Assembly (NCBI GenBank): GCA_947367415.1
Contig: CANBEE010000001.1
Location: 1-37,837, forward strand
DNA: 37,837 nucleotides
Direction of reading: 5' to 3'
DNA from: an uncultured Bacteroidales bacterium
Lineage (GTDB): Bacteria > Bacteroidota > Bacteroidia > Bacteroidales > Bacteroidaceae
Part shown: positions 25,999 to 35,030 of the stretch, in pieces
Position numbering within the stretch: position 1 is the stretch's first letter
How the letters are laid out: every line of letters begins with the position of its first letter
Translations under genes and position numbers: made by a program
Notes under the pieces: generated by a model
The model's database searches: none
What the model was told of the DNA's origin: nothing
The model's input: the letters and a program-made list of their open reading frames with translations, nothing else

Positions 25999-26637
25999 TC
26001 AAAGGTAGGGATTATACTTCATCTCATCGGCAATTGTGGTGGGGGCACCGTGTCCAGGGTAGACAATGGTGTCGGTAGGCAGTGTGAGCAGACGTCTCTG
26101 TATGGATTGAATGAGTTGGGCATAATTGCCGTCAGTGAAGTCGGTGCGTCCGATAGAGCCTTGGAACAGGGTGTCTCCGGCGATGAGAATTTTGCTGTCA
26201 GCCGCATAGAAACACATGCCTCCGGCCGAATGGCCAGGGGTGGAGATACACTCCAATTGGCTTGAACCTAAGGACAGTATGTCGCCATCGTGCAGAGGAT
26301 GACTCACAGGACGGGGCGCTCCGTTTGCACGAATCCCGAAGCGGGATATCGAATTGTCGAAATTGTCAATCCATGGGGCATCAGAAAGGTCGGCACTGAG
26401 CTTTACTCCAAAGGTGTCTTCTACAAAGGGGACACCGAAAATATGGTCGAAATGCAGGTGAGTGCATAGCAGGTATTTCACATGCAGCTCTTGGGAACGG
26501 ACAAACTCGGTGAGTTGTTGCTGCTCATTGGCCCAGTAAAAGCCGGGGTCGATGATGGCGGCTTCGCGTGATGACTCATCGTATACCACGAAGCAGTTCT
26601 CGTGGAGCATGTTGCAGATGAATGATTGTACTTTCAT
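25999..26637 (-). CDS. MBL-fold metallo-hydrolase (glyoxalase II-like)
   Basis: The 212 aa product has the metal-binding motif THLHFDH and TPGHSAGG. Confidence 0.8.
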   Translation of the reverse strand: MKVQSFICNMLHENCFVVYDESSREAAIIDPGFYWANEQQQLTEFVRSQELHVKYLLCTHLHFDHIFGVPFVEDTFGVKLSADLSDAPWIDNFDNSISRFGIRANGAPRPVSHPLHDGDILSLGSSQLECISTPGHSAGGMCFYAADSKILIAGDTLFQGSIGRTDFTDGNYAQLIQSIQRRLLTLPTDTIVYPGHGAPTTIADEMKYNPYL

Positions 26638-26643
26638 TGTAGC

Positions 26644-27447
26644 TTACTCGAATATGTAGAGTTCAGATGGGGTGGTACGCTTCAAAGCCGATAGATAGAG
26701 ATCTTTCCCAGGGATGATACCGACACCACGGAGCTCCCACTCGACGGTCTTATAGGCGAGTTCGGGGTGATTGTTCTCGCGGCTCAGATGGCATAGCCAG
26801 ATGTACTTGAGCTCTTCGGTGAGGTTATTGGCTAGGAACTTGGCGGTAGCCTTGTTGCTTAGGTGACCGTTGGGACCCGAGATGCGTTCCTTAAGGTATT
26901 GGGGGTAGGTGCCATGAGCGAGCATCTCCTCGTCATAGTTGGCCTCGATGATGAGGTATTGGGTGCGGGTGATGTAGCTGGCTACGGTGTCGGTGATGTG
27001 ACCTATGTCTGTGATGAAGCAGAAGTGCTTGTCCTCAGCTTGGATGAAGTAGCCTACGTTGTCGTTGCCGTCGTGGGGCACTTCAAAAGGGGTGATTTGG
27101 AAATCACGGAAGTTGAGCGTTACATCTTTCTCTACGTAGCGCATGCATGATACGAGCTTCTGTGTCATGCAATAGTTCTTGTTGATGCCTACATGGGTTT
27201 CGCGGGTGGCATAAATGGGAATGTTGTATTTCTCACCCAGGGTGCCTAACGACTTGATGTGGTCGGCATGATCGTGGGTGACAAAGACCGCAATTATGGA
27301 CTCGAAGTCGATACCGACATCTTTCAGCGCACCTTTGATGGTGCGTACGGGTATGCCTGCATCGATGAGGATACCGTATTTTTCGGTACCCAAGTAGAAG
27401 CTATTGCCGCTACTTCCACTGGCAAGGCAAATGAATTTCAGTTTCAT
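26644..27447 (-). CDS. MBL-fold metallo-hydrolase (YycJ/PhnP-like)
   Basis: The 267 aa product has an N-terminal LASGSSGNS segment and the motif THDHADH. Confidence 0.8.
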   Translation of the reverse strand: MKLKFICLASGSSGNSFYLGTEKYGILIDAGIPVRTIKGALKDVGIDFESIIAVFVTHDHADHIKSLGTLGEKYNIPIYATRETHVGINKNYCMTQKLVSCMRYVEKDVTLNFRDFQITPFEVPHDGNDNVGYFIQAEDKHFCFITDIGHITDTVASYITRTQYLIIEANYDEEMLAHGTYPQYLKERISGPNGHLSNKATAKFLANNLTEELKYIWLCHLSRENNHPELAYKTVEWELRGVGIIPGKDLYLSALKRTTPSELYIFE

Positions 27448-27495
27448 ATATGTTCTTTTTTGTTTTCTTCAATAATATCCTCGGCCTGCTCTTTA

Positions 27496-29811
27496 TCAGA
27501 AGGGATAACCGACTGCAAAGTGCCATGCGAAGTCGCGCTTTAGGCTGGGGTTGAGGATGGGGTAGTGGTCTTTTCCCTCAAAGGCTGGGTTGATGGCCTT
27601 CATGGCAATGTCGAAACGCAGTATGAGGAAGTTGAGGTCGACACGAATACCTGTTCCGTAGGCTACAGCAATCTGATTGTAGAAATTATCCCACTGAAAG
27701 ACACCGCCTGGTTGGTCGTCGTAGTCGTACATGGTCCAGATGTTACCGGCATCGATGAACAATGCTCCGTTGAACTTCCAGAATAGGTGCATGCGGTATT
27801 CGAGGCTGAGGTCGAATTTGATATCACCCGAATGATTGATGTAGTCGATGGTGTTGTTGCGGTTGACATAGCTACCTGGACCGAGCTCGCGTACTGACCA
27901 TCCGCGTACTCCGTAGGCTCCACCGGCGTAGTAACGCTTCTCGAAGGGGAGCATTCGGGCATTGCCGTAGGGGAAAGCTACGCCCGTCTCTATGTGGAAA
28001 AGGAGTGAATTGTATTGGTTGAAATTCATCTCCATTGTCCATTGGAAGTCATTCTTTATGTACTGTGCATAGGCGAGATTGAATATCCTGTATTGGCCCA
28101 ACGAGTCGGTTCTCATGTTCATACCTTTGGAGATTAGGTAAAGTAGATTGCCGGCACTCTCAACACCTATGCGCACCGAATGGGATATGTCGAAGTGGTC
28201 TTTGGCGATACCCGCGTTGGGTGAGGTGTATTGGAAATTGTAGTTGCTGCGGAAGATAAACAAATCCTCGTAGTTAAACTTCAGGATAGAGTTCTTGCTG
28301 TTGTATTGGTTAAGGTAATCGTTGATGAACTTCGGATCCTTGCGGGGTACGGATACAAAGTTGATTCCTAACAGATCGAAACGATGTCGTATCTGCTGGT
28401 TGCTATTCCACAAATATCCCCATGAGGCTGAGAATACATCACGGTCAAACTCGGGGCGCTTCTGCGTATTGTACTGCAGGTCAAATTGGGTGGTGGCCTT
28501 GCTGCGACGTTGTGTCTCGTTCTTGATGAACGGAACAATGAATCGAGGGAAGCTGATGCCCATGTCTATTCCGAATTCTCTGTAGGTCTTGGAGGTGTAG
28601 TCGGCTAGGTTGGCAATGTTTTCGTAGGCTCCGTGTCCTTTTATGGTGAAGGTCTCTGAACCACGAAAGAGGTTGCGGTTGGTGAATGATAGGGCTGCTG
28701 ACACTCCGTATCCGCCAGAGGTGTTGGTGAAATCAAGTTCCCCTCCTACTGATATTTTCTTGGTTGGATGCAGGGCGATGAGGCAGTCAAGAGTCGTGTC
28801 GCTAGTCTCTACAAATTGGATGTTGGTGTATTTCAGTGCGTCAAGACGTCCGTATGAAAGGTATGAGTTCTTTACCTCGCTGATGTTATACAGTGTTCCA
28901 GGGGTTATCATGGATGCATTTTTCAACGAACTTGGGCGTAGCATCATTTCGTTGTTGTACAGGAAATGGAATCCATCGTGATGAAGGGTGTCGGCAAAAG
29001 TGATACTCTGCTGGGATACCGATGAGATGGGGTGCATCAAGAATGATACGTTGGCAACCTTGTAGGGATGTATGGGTGTGAACTGACGGGTCTCCTCATC
29101 TATGTATGTCACTTTTGATGAGCGCACACGGACGTGCAAGTTGATGTCGTTTGAGTTGCGGACTGTGTCGGCTAAGTAGGTGATGTGGTCCTTCTTGAAT
29201 GTATAGTACCCATTCTTTTGCAGCAGCTCGGTTATGCGTGAGCGGTCTTCATCAAGCTTGTTGGCATTGAAGGTCTCTCCCTCTTTTACCAATGCGTTGC
29301 CCTCATCCTTTTGGATGATGTTAAGGATTGCCGAGTCGGCGCATTGGTAGTCGATGGTGGCTATCTGATAGCAATCTTGTGGATTAATATAGTAGTTCAC
29401 TTGTGCCTTGTGCCCATGAAAGGTGGTGGACGACGAAACTTTGGCTTTTAGGTAACCTTGGTTGACAAGTGCCTGCTCCATACGGTCGCAGCTCTTGCGG
29501 GTCAACGATTCATCGTATATCTGAGGCTTTTCGCCAATCTTCTGAAGTGTGCGGTTGATGTAGTTGTCCTTAACTCCAGACAAACTGTAGATTCTCAGCG
29601 GAAGCCTGATGAGGCCGAGGGTACGTGTGTTGGGCTGTTGGCGTACGAGCGGTTTCAGCGAAGAAGCCAGTCGTTGGTCATGTTCAGAGATGAGGCTTAC
29701 CTCATCCAATAGGTAGGAGTCATCGGGGAGATGGCGGGAAATAGAGCATGAGGACAAAGCGCAAGCTATAATCCCTATGGCAAGCATGATGTATTTATTC
29801 GTTTTCTTCAT
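27496..29811 (-). CDS. BamA/TamA-family outer membrane protein (POTRA domains plus beta-barrel)
   Basis: The product is about 770 aa. The preferred start is MKKTNKYIMLAIGIIACALSSC; an alternative ATG lies 12 codons upstream at 29847. The C-terminal barrel ends in ...FAVGYPF. Confidence 0.75.
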   Translation of the reverse strand: MKKTNKYIMLAIGIIACALSSCSISRHLPDDSYLLDEVSLISEHDQRLASSLKPLVRQQPNTRTLGLIRLPLRIYSLSGVKDNYINRTLQKIGEKPQIYDESLTRKSCDRMEQALVNQGYLKAKVSSSTTFHGHKAQVNYYINPQDCYQIATIDYQCADSAILNIIQKDEGNALVKEGETFNANKLDEDRSRITELLQKNGYYTFKKDHITYLADTVRNSNDINLHVRVRSSKVTYIDEETRQFTPIHPYKVANVSFLMHPISSVSQQSITFADTLHHDGFHFLYNNEMMLRPSSLKNASMITPGTLYNISEVKNSYLSYGRLDALKYTNIQFVETSDTTLDCLIALHPTKKISVGGELDFTNTSGGYGVSAALSFTNRNLFRGSETFTIKGHGAYENIANLADYTSKTYREFGIDMGISFPRFIVPFIKNETQRRSKATTQFDLQYNTQKRPEFDRDVFSASWGYLWNSNQQIRHRFDLLGINFVSVPRKDPKFINDYLNQYNSKNSILKFNYEDLFIFRSNYNFQYTSPNAGIAKDHFDISHSVRIGVESAGNLLYLISKGMNMRTDSLGQYRIFNLAYAQYIKNDFQWTMEMNFNQYNSLLFHIETGVAFPYGNARMLPFEKRYYAGGAYGVRGWSVRELGPGSYVNRNNTIDYINHSGDIKFDLSLEYRMHLFWKFNGALFIDAGNIWTMYDYDDQPGGVFQWDNFYNQIAVAYGTGIRVDLNFLILRFDIAMKAINPAFEGKDHYPILNPSLKRDFAWHFAVGYPF

Positions 29812-29918
29812 GCTTTTGTTTGTTCTATTCTTTCTATTCCAATGCATCTCTTTTGTTTTGACTACGCAAAAATGGAGTAATCTATTTATTTAGACATACT
29901 CCGCGTAATTTAATCTTG

Positions 29919-29926
29919 CAAAGATA
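29919..29926 (-). promoter_or_regulatory. -7 box TATCTTTG for the TamA-like operon
   Basis: This is an exact TAnnTTTG match on the minus strand, 70-110 nt upstream of the candidate starts. Confidence 0.45.
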
Positions 29927-29948
29927 GAAAATAAATAAAAAAACTTTG

Positions 29949-29956
29949 TAGATTTG
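29949..29956 (+). promoter_or_regulatory. -7 box TAGATTTG for the TrmH-family gene
   Basis: This is an exact TAnnTTTG match, 43 nt upstream of the ATG at 29999. Confidence 0.45.
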
Positions 29957-29998
29957 CATTGATTTTTTTGATAACTCACCTCTATTAATTGATATAGT

Positions 29999-30757
29999 AT
30001 GTTAAGCAAAGCAAAAATGAAGCTTATTCAATCGTTGGAGCTAAAGAAGAAACGGAAGGAAGAACGATTGTTTGTTGCCGAAGGTCCTAAGGTGGTGGGT
30101 GATTTGTTGCCACTCTTTGTATGCCGCTTGATAATTGCTACGGAAGTTTGGTTGAAGGCGCATCCACATGCCCAGGCAGCAGAGGTGATTGAGGTGAGCG
30201 ATGAAGAATTGCGCAAAGCCAGTTTTCTGAAAGCACCGCAAGAGGTGCTGGCTTTGTTTGAACTTCCCGAATCTGTAGCATTAGCTGGAGTGGCTGAGAA
30301 AGAATTGTGCCTTGCTCTGGACGATGTACAGGATCCTGGGAATTTGGGTACTATCATACGTGTTGCCGATTGGTTTGGCATTAAGCATTTGATTTGTTCT
30401 ATCGGTACGGTCGATGCTTTTAATCCCAAAACGGTGCAGGCTTCTATGGGTGCTGTGGCTCGCGTCAATATCCATTACGTGGATCTGCCTGCCTATTTGG
30501 CCGACCTCCGTGGCATGAGTCCGCAAGTGCCTATTTATGGCACTTTCCTTGAGGGAAAGAATATTTATAAGGAGCCTTTGTCGGCAAATGGTGTCATTGT
30601 CATGGGGAATGAGGGCAAAGGCATCAGCAATCATACAGAACAGTACGTCACTCACAAACTGTTTATTCCCAACTACCCGGAAGGTGCCGAAACCTCAGAG
30701 TCGCTTAATGTGGCCATTGCAACGGCAATCACTTGCTCGGAGTTTAGGCGTCGATAA
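29999..30757 (+). CDS. TrmH/SpoU-family RNA 2'-O-methyltransferase
   Basis: The 252 aa product carries DDVQDPGNLGTIIR, VMGNEGKGIS and SLNVAIATAI, the SpoU motifs. Confidence 0.85.
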   Translation: MLSKAKMKLIQSLELKKKRKEERLFVAEGPKVVGDLLPLFVCRLIIATEVWLKAHPHAQAAEVIEVSDEELRKASFLKAPQEVLALFELPESVALAGVAEKELCLALDDVQDPGNLGTIIRVADWFGIKHLICSIGTVDAFNPKTVQASMGAVARVNIHYVDLPAYLADLRGMSPQVPIYGTFLEGKNIYKEPLSANGVIVMGNEGKGISNHTEQYVTHKLFIPNYPEGAETSESLNVAIATAITCSEFRRR

Positions 30758-30782
30758 TCCATTAATGTTCTTGCCCTCTCGA

Positions 30783-33700
30783 ATGAAGTGTCGTTTCAGA
30801 TATTTAGTGCTTTGTCTGTGTGCTGTGTGGCTGATGGGCTGCTCGTCGCATGGAGGACATGGCGCATCTACGCACCCGGCCGATGAACTGAACCGCAAGG
30901 CGTATACTTGGCGTTATCGCAATTTGGACTCCACCGAGTACTATGCTCTGAGTGCATATCAAGAGGCTGAACACTATAAACACGGACGCACCATGGCATG
31001 CAATATGTTGGGCTTTGTGGCATTCATGCAGATGGATTACAATGAAGCGTTATTGTGGTATGATGAAGTGGAAAGGCTCTCGGGATGTGAACTGGAACGC
31101 TTGGTGGCCGATGTCGGTCGTATGTATGTATATCTGCGAACAGCAGATAACCTGGCTTTCTACAACAATCGTGTGAAAGCGATGAAACGCTTGGCTCACA
31201 TTGAGGAGGAAAGTGAACTATTCGCTCCTGTCGAACGTGCTCGACTGCAATCGACGGTGAACGACTTGTATATGATTTCGGCCTTGCATCATTACATGAT
31301 AGGGCAACGCCCAGAAGCATATGCTGAAATGGATAAGGTACAAGACGATGAGGTGTTGCGCGCTGATTCGGCACAATGGCTTATGGTGCAGTATATGCGT
31401 GGCTCAGGCTTTGATGTAGAGGGTGATACACGTGAGCTACGTTTGTTACGCCGATACACTCATCTTAACAATTGTCTGCGCGAAAGCCGTGAGGGTGGTT
31501 ATGTGTATTTTTCGGGACTCGCTCTTTCTGGATTGTCCGAATTGTTGGCCGATTCGGTACGTAATGCTTATCTGGCTCAGTTGCGCCCTAACTCATTTGC
31601 ACAGCTCACTCAGGGTATGGAAGAAGCGGTTTTCTCATTGGCTTCAGAAGCTCAGGAGTACCTGCATTCTTATGGTGACCGCTATGGCGAAGTGAATGCG
31701 AAAGTACAGACAGCCTCTCTTTATAATAGAATCGGAGAATATGGTATGGCGCTTGATACCTTGTTGTGTATGTTGGAGGATACTACCCTCGTGCCTGATG
31801 TGCTGTGCCGCTTACATGAGGAGGCCAGTCTGGCCTATGCAGGGTTGGGTGATAAGGCTTCGTCGGATTATCATCGCAACCTCTATCTTGACTTGTTGGA
31901 GATGACTCGTCAAGACAAGGAGTTGGAAAATCGCTATTGGGAGCTGATGCGTCAGCAACGAAGGATGAATCTACTCTTGTGTACTGTACTTGGCGGCATT
32001 GTCCTCTTTGTTCTGCTCGTAGCACTCATGTCACGTTACAGACGTCGCAAAGGCAATGGCTATGAACAGCATCTGCGCGACCTCTTGCAGGAAACGGAGG
32101 GAAGGGTATATCTACAGCTACGCCATATAGAAGCAGGCAAACGTGGCAATGTGGTGCGTAAGGCTACTTTCTCTATGGTGACGGGTATGATGCCCTATAT
32201 CGATCGCATGGCTCGTGAGGTCGACCGTTTGCAATACGATACGGTATGGAGCGATGCGGAGCTTCGTGCACGTAAGTTGGAGTATATAGGCGAGTTGGCC
32301 GGTGAAATTAACAATCTCAATGAAGTGCTCTCTCAATGGATCAAGACCACCCAAGGAGTGGTGAGCTTGCATATAGAATCGTTCTCCCTGTCTGAGGTGT
32401 TTGATATGATAGCCCGAAGTAATGCCTCTTTTGCATTGAAGGGCCTCACGCTTGATGTGTTGCCTACAGATGCTGTCGTCAAGGCCGATAAGGCACTCAC
32501 TTTCTTTATGCTCAATACGTTGGCCGACAACGCCCGCAAGTTCACTCCCGAAGGAGGACGGGTGAGCATTGCTGCTGATGTATGTGGGGATTATGTGGAA
32601 TTGTCGGTGTCTGATACTGGTGTTGGGATGTCTGCCGAGGATATTTCTCATATCATGAGCGAGAAGGTATATGATGCAGCTTCCATAGGTCAGGATTTGC
32701 CTCCTGTTCAACGCAAGAATAAGGGCAGCGGATTCGGACTGCTCAACTGCAAGGGCATCATCGATAAGTACCGAAAAACCGACTCTCTCTTTGAGGTGTG
32801 TCGTATGGGAATCGATAGCCGGGTGGGTGAGGGAAGCCGTTTTTGGTTTCGTCTGCCCAAAGGAGTGCGTCGCCTGATGACATTACTATGCCTGATTGCA
32901 TTTTCTTCCGGGATATATGCAAACTCCCTCTCTTCGGATGAGGATATCGCTGAATCTTATTCTCCTCTCCTGATGCAGGCTTCGGCCTATGCCGATAGCG
33001 TGTATTATGCTAATGTCGATGGTCGTTACGAGGCAGCTCTCTCCTTTGCTGATTCTGCCCTTTATTACTTGAATGTTCATCACCGTCGGTATGCCGACCC
33101 CTATATCGCTCCACTCACAGCCACACGAGGCGAGGAGAACGATGTGGAGATGCGCTGGTGGCTTAGCGACTTTGCCACTGACTATCATACCATACTTGAT
33201 GTACGCAACGAAATGGCTGTGGCCAATCTTGCTCTGCGCCGTTGGGAACATTACCGTTATAATAACCGTATCTATAATGACCTGTATAAACTCATCAGCG
33301 AAGACCGTTCGCTGGTTGACTACTGTAATCGTATGCAACGTTACAATAGTAATATCTCCGTGGCAGTACTCTTCTGCGTGCTGCTAGTGCTCGGTTATCT
33401 GGCTGTGCTGATCTATACCTTCATGGGGCGTGTAGAACATGTTTATCGTGATATTGAATCTGTTGAGGATGAAGAACGACGTGCACGTCATGAGGGAAAT
33501 CGCCTTCACGTGCAGAATATGGTGCTCGATAACTGTCTCTCTACCATCAAACACGAGACAGTGTATTACCCCAATCGCATCAAGCAGCTGGTGTCACGTC
33601 TCGATGGACAGGATGAGCGTCAGCAGATGAAGGAGCTTGTCGATTACTATAGGGTCGTCTTCACAACTTTAGCAAACTGTGCTTCCCGGCAGTTGGATGA

Positions 33701-34193
33701 GGTCACCTTCCGTCGTTCTGTGGTGCAGGCTGCAACGTTGCTCCATCGTGCCCAGTCGTATCATGCTAAAGCGATGCGTCAACATCCCGGTGTACCAGCA
33801 CTCACCATAGATAACAGTGGCGATTTGTCTGTGCATTGCGATGCCGATCTGGTAGCCTTCCTTCTCGAACAACTGATTGATGCGGCTCTTGCCGCTTCTC
33901 CAGCAGATAGCCTCACTCTTAAGGCCAGTGCTGATGGCGATTTTGTGCGTTTCTCTCTAATTAACACTTCGCGTACTCTAGCTCCTGAAGCATTGCAGGG
34001 CCTCTTCTCACCCTTTTATATGAGCAGTGCTGAAGGTTCCCGACTGCAGGGAACTGAGTATATCGTATGTCGCCAGATAATCCGCGAGCACGATAGCTAC
34101 TTCAACCATATCGGCTGTCGCATCAAAGCTGACTCGGTTCCCCAAGGTTACGCCATATGGTTCACTCTGCCTTTACTTTCTCCCCTTAAATAA
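30783..34193 (+). CDS. two-module membrane sensor kinase-like protein (DUF5112/DUF5113-type architecture, named from memory)
   Basis: I start the gene at MKCRFRYLVLCLCAVWLMGC (lipobox), with an alternative ATG at 30765. The track ORF start at 30537 overlaps trmH. Module 1 is a ~390 aa helical periplasmic domain, a TM helix and an HATPase with N box NTLADNARKF, G1 DTGVGM and G2 GSGFGL. Module 2 is an internal signal-like helix, a ~150 aa domain, a TM helix, an H-box STIKHETVYYP and a degenerate ATPase-like domain. Confidence 0.75.
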   Translation: MKCRFRYLVLCLCAVWLMGCSSHGGHGASTHPADELNRKAYTWRYRNLDSTEYYALSAYQEAEHYKHGRTMACNMLGFVAFMQMDYNEALLWYDEVERLSGCELERLVADVGRMYVYLRTADNLAFYNNRVKAMKRLAHIEEESELFAPVERARLQSTVNDLYMISALHHYMIGQRPEAYAEMDKVQDDEVLRADSAQWLMVQYMRGSGFDVEGDTRELRLLRRYTHLNNCLRESREGGYVYFSGLALSGLSELLADSVRNAYLAQLRPNSFAQLTQGMEEAVFSLASEAQEYLHSYGDRYGEVNAKVQTASLYNRIGEYGMALDTLLCMLEDTTLVPDVLCRLHEEASLAYAGLGDKASSDYHRNLYLDLLEMTRQDKELENRYWELMRQQRRMNLLLCTVLGGIVLFVLLVALMSRYRRRKGNGYEQHLRDLLQETEGRVYLQLRHIEAGKRGNVVRKATFSMVTGMMPYIDRMAREVDRLQYDTVWSDAELRARKLEYIGELAGEINNLNEVLSQWIKTTQGVVSLHIESFSLSEVFDMIARSNASFALKGLTLDVLPTDAVVKADKALTFFMLNTLADNARKFTPEGGRVSIAADVCGDYVELSVSDTGVGMSAEDISHIMSEKVYDAASIGQDLPPVQRKNKGSGFGLLNCKGIIDKYRKTDSLFEVCRMGIDSRVGEGSRFWFRLPKGVRRLMTLLCLIAFSSGIYANSLSSDEDIAESYSPLLMQASAYADSVYYANVDGRYEAALSFADSALYYLNVHHRRYADPYIAPLTATRGEENDVEMRWWLSDFATDYHTILDVRNEMAVANLALRRWEHYRYNNRIYNDLYKLISEDRSLVDYCNRMQRYNSNISVAVLFCVLLVLGYLAVLIYTFMGRVEHVYRDIESVEDEERRARHEGNRLHVQNMVLDNCLSTIKHETVYYPNRIKQLVSRLDGQDERQQMKELVDYYRVVFTTLANCASRQLDEVTFRRSVVQAATLLHRAQSYHAKAMRQHPGVPALTIDNSGDLSVHCDADLVAFLLEQLIDAALAASPADSLTLKASADGDFVRFSLINTSRTLAPEALQGLFSPFYMSSAEGSRLQGTEYIVCRQIIREHDSYFNHIGCRIKADSVPQGYAIWFTLPLLSPLK

Positions 34194-34246
34194 CTCTTGT
34201 TGGGTAAATAATTAGAAGATTAGTCTTATTTGCGGAATAATTGCAT

Positions 34247-34254
34247 TATATTTG
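34247..34254 (+). promoter_or_regulatory. -7 box TATATTTG upstream of the response regulator
   Basis: This is an exact TAnnTTTG match, 43 nt upstream of the ATG at 34297. Confidence 0.45.
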
Positions 34255-34296
34255 CATCAAGCATGCTGAAGTTTTATCTTTAACGGACAAGAACGT

Positions 34297-35010
34297 ATGT
34301 ATAATGTAATAATTGTAGAAGACGTAAAACTCGAACTGAAGGGTACCGAAGAAATCTTTCGGAATGAGATACCAGAAGCGCAGGTCATTGGCACGGCAAT
34401 GACGGAGGAGGAGTTTTGGCCGCTCATGGAAGAACAGTTGCCTGATATGGTCTTGTTGGACCTTGGACTGGGTGGTTCCACAACTATTGGTGTCACCATT
34501 TGCCGCACTATCAAGAAACGTTATCCTCAGGTGAAGGTTCTGATATTTACGGGCGAGATTCTGAACGAAAAGCTTTGGGTCGATGCACTTGATGCAGGGG
34601 CATGCGGTATAGTGCTTAAGACTGGAGAGTTGCTCACGCGTGCCGAGATACAGAGTGTGATAGATGGAAAACAATTGGTCTTTAACCAGCCTATACTGGA
34701 AAAAATCGTTGAACGTTTCCGTCGGGAAGTCAATGCAGAGTCTATGCGCCATCGTGCTGCAATAGCTTATGAGATTGATGAATACGACGAGCGATTTTTA
34801 CGTCACCTGGCATTGGGATATACCAAGGATATGATAGCTTCGCTACGTGCAATGCCCTTCAGTCCCAAGTCGCTGGAGCGACGGCAAGCTGATCTCATTG
34901 CTCGTTTGTTTCCTGAAGAAGAGCAGCGTGGAGTTAATGTCACTCGCCTTGTTGTGCGTGCTATCGAACTGCATATCATTGAACCGGACAATCTGGTGGC
35001 TGATGATTAA
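34297..35010 (+). CDS. NarL/FixJ-type response regulator (receiver plus an atypical LuxR/GerE HTH)
   Basis: The receiver has ED at residues 8-9, an acceptor Asp in MVLLDLGL, Thr in LIFTGE and Lys in IVLK. The C-terminal region FLRHLALGYTKDMIASL...SPKSLERRQADLIARL...TRLVVRAIELHII fits the LuxR HTH pattern with an insertion. Confidence 0.8.
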   Translation: MYNVIIVEDVKLELKGTEEIFRNEIPEAQVIGTAMTEEEFWPLMEEQLPDMVLLDLGLGGSTTIGVTICRTIKKRYPQVKVLIFTGEILNEKLWVDALDAGACGIVLKTGELLTRAEIQSVIDGKQLVFNQPILEKIVERFRREVNAESMRHRAAIAYEIDEYDERFLRHLALGYTKDMIASLRAMPFSPKSLERRQADLIARLFPEEEQRGVNVTRLVVRAIELHIIEPDNLVADD

Positions 35011-35030
35011 TATATAGTTTCTTACCCAAA

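Noticed and set aside
30537-30782. The upstream 82 codons of the 1218 aa track ORF
   Set aside because: This extension overlaps the 3' end of the TrmH-family gene in another frame and encodes no sensible N-terminus. A lipoprotein signal peptide begins at the ATG at 30783, with an alternative at 30765, just after the trmH stop.
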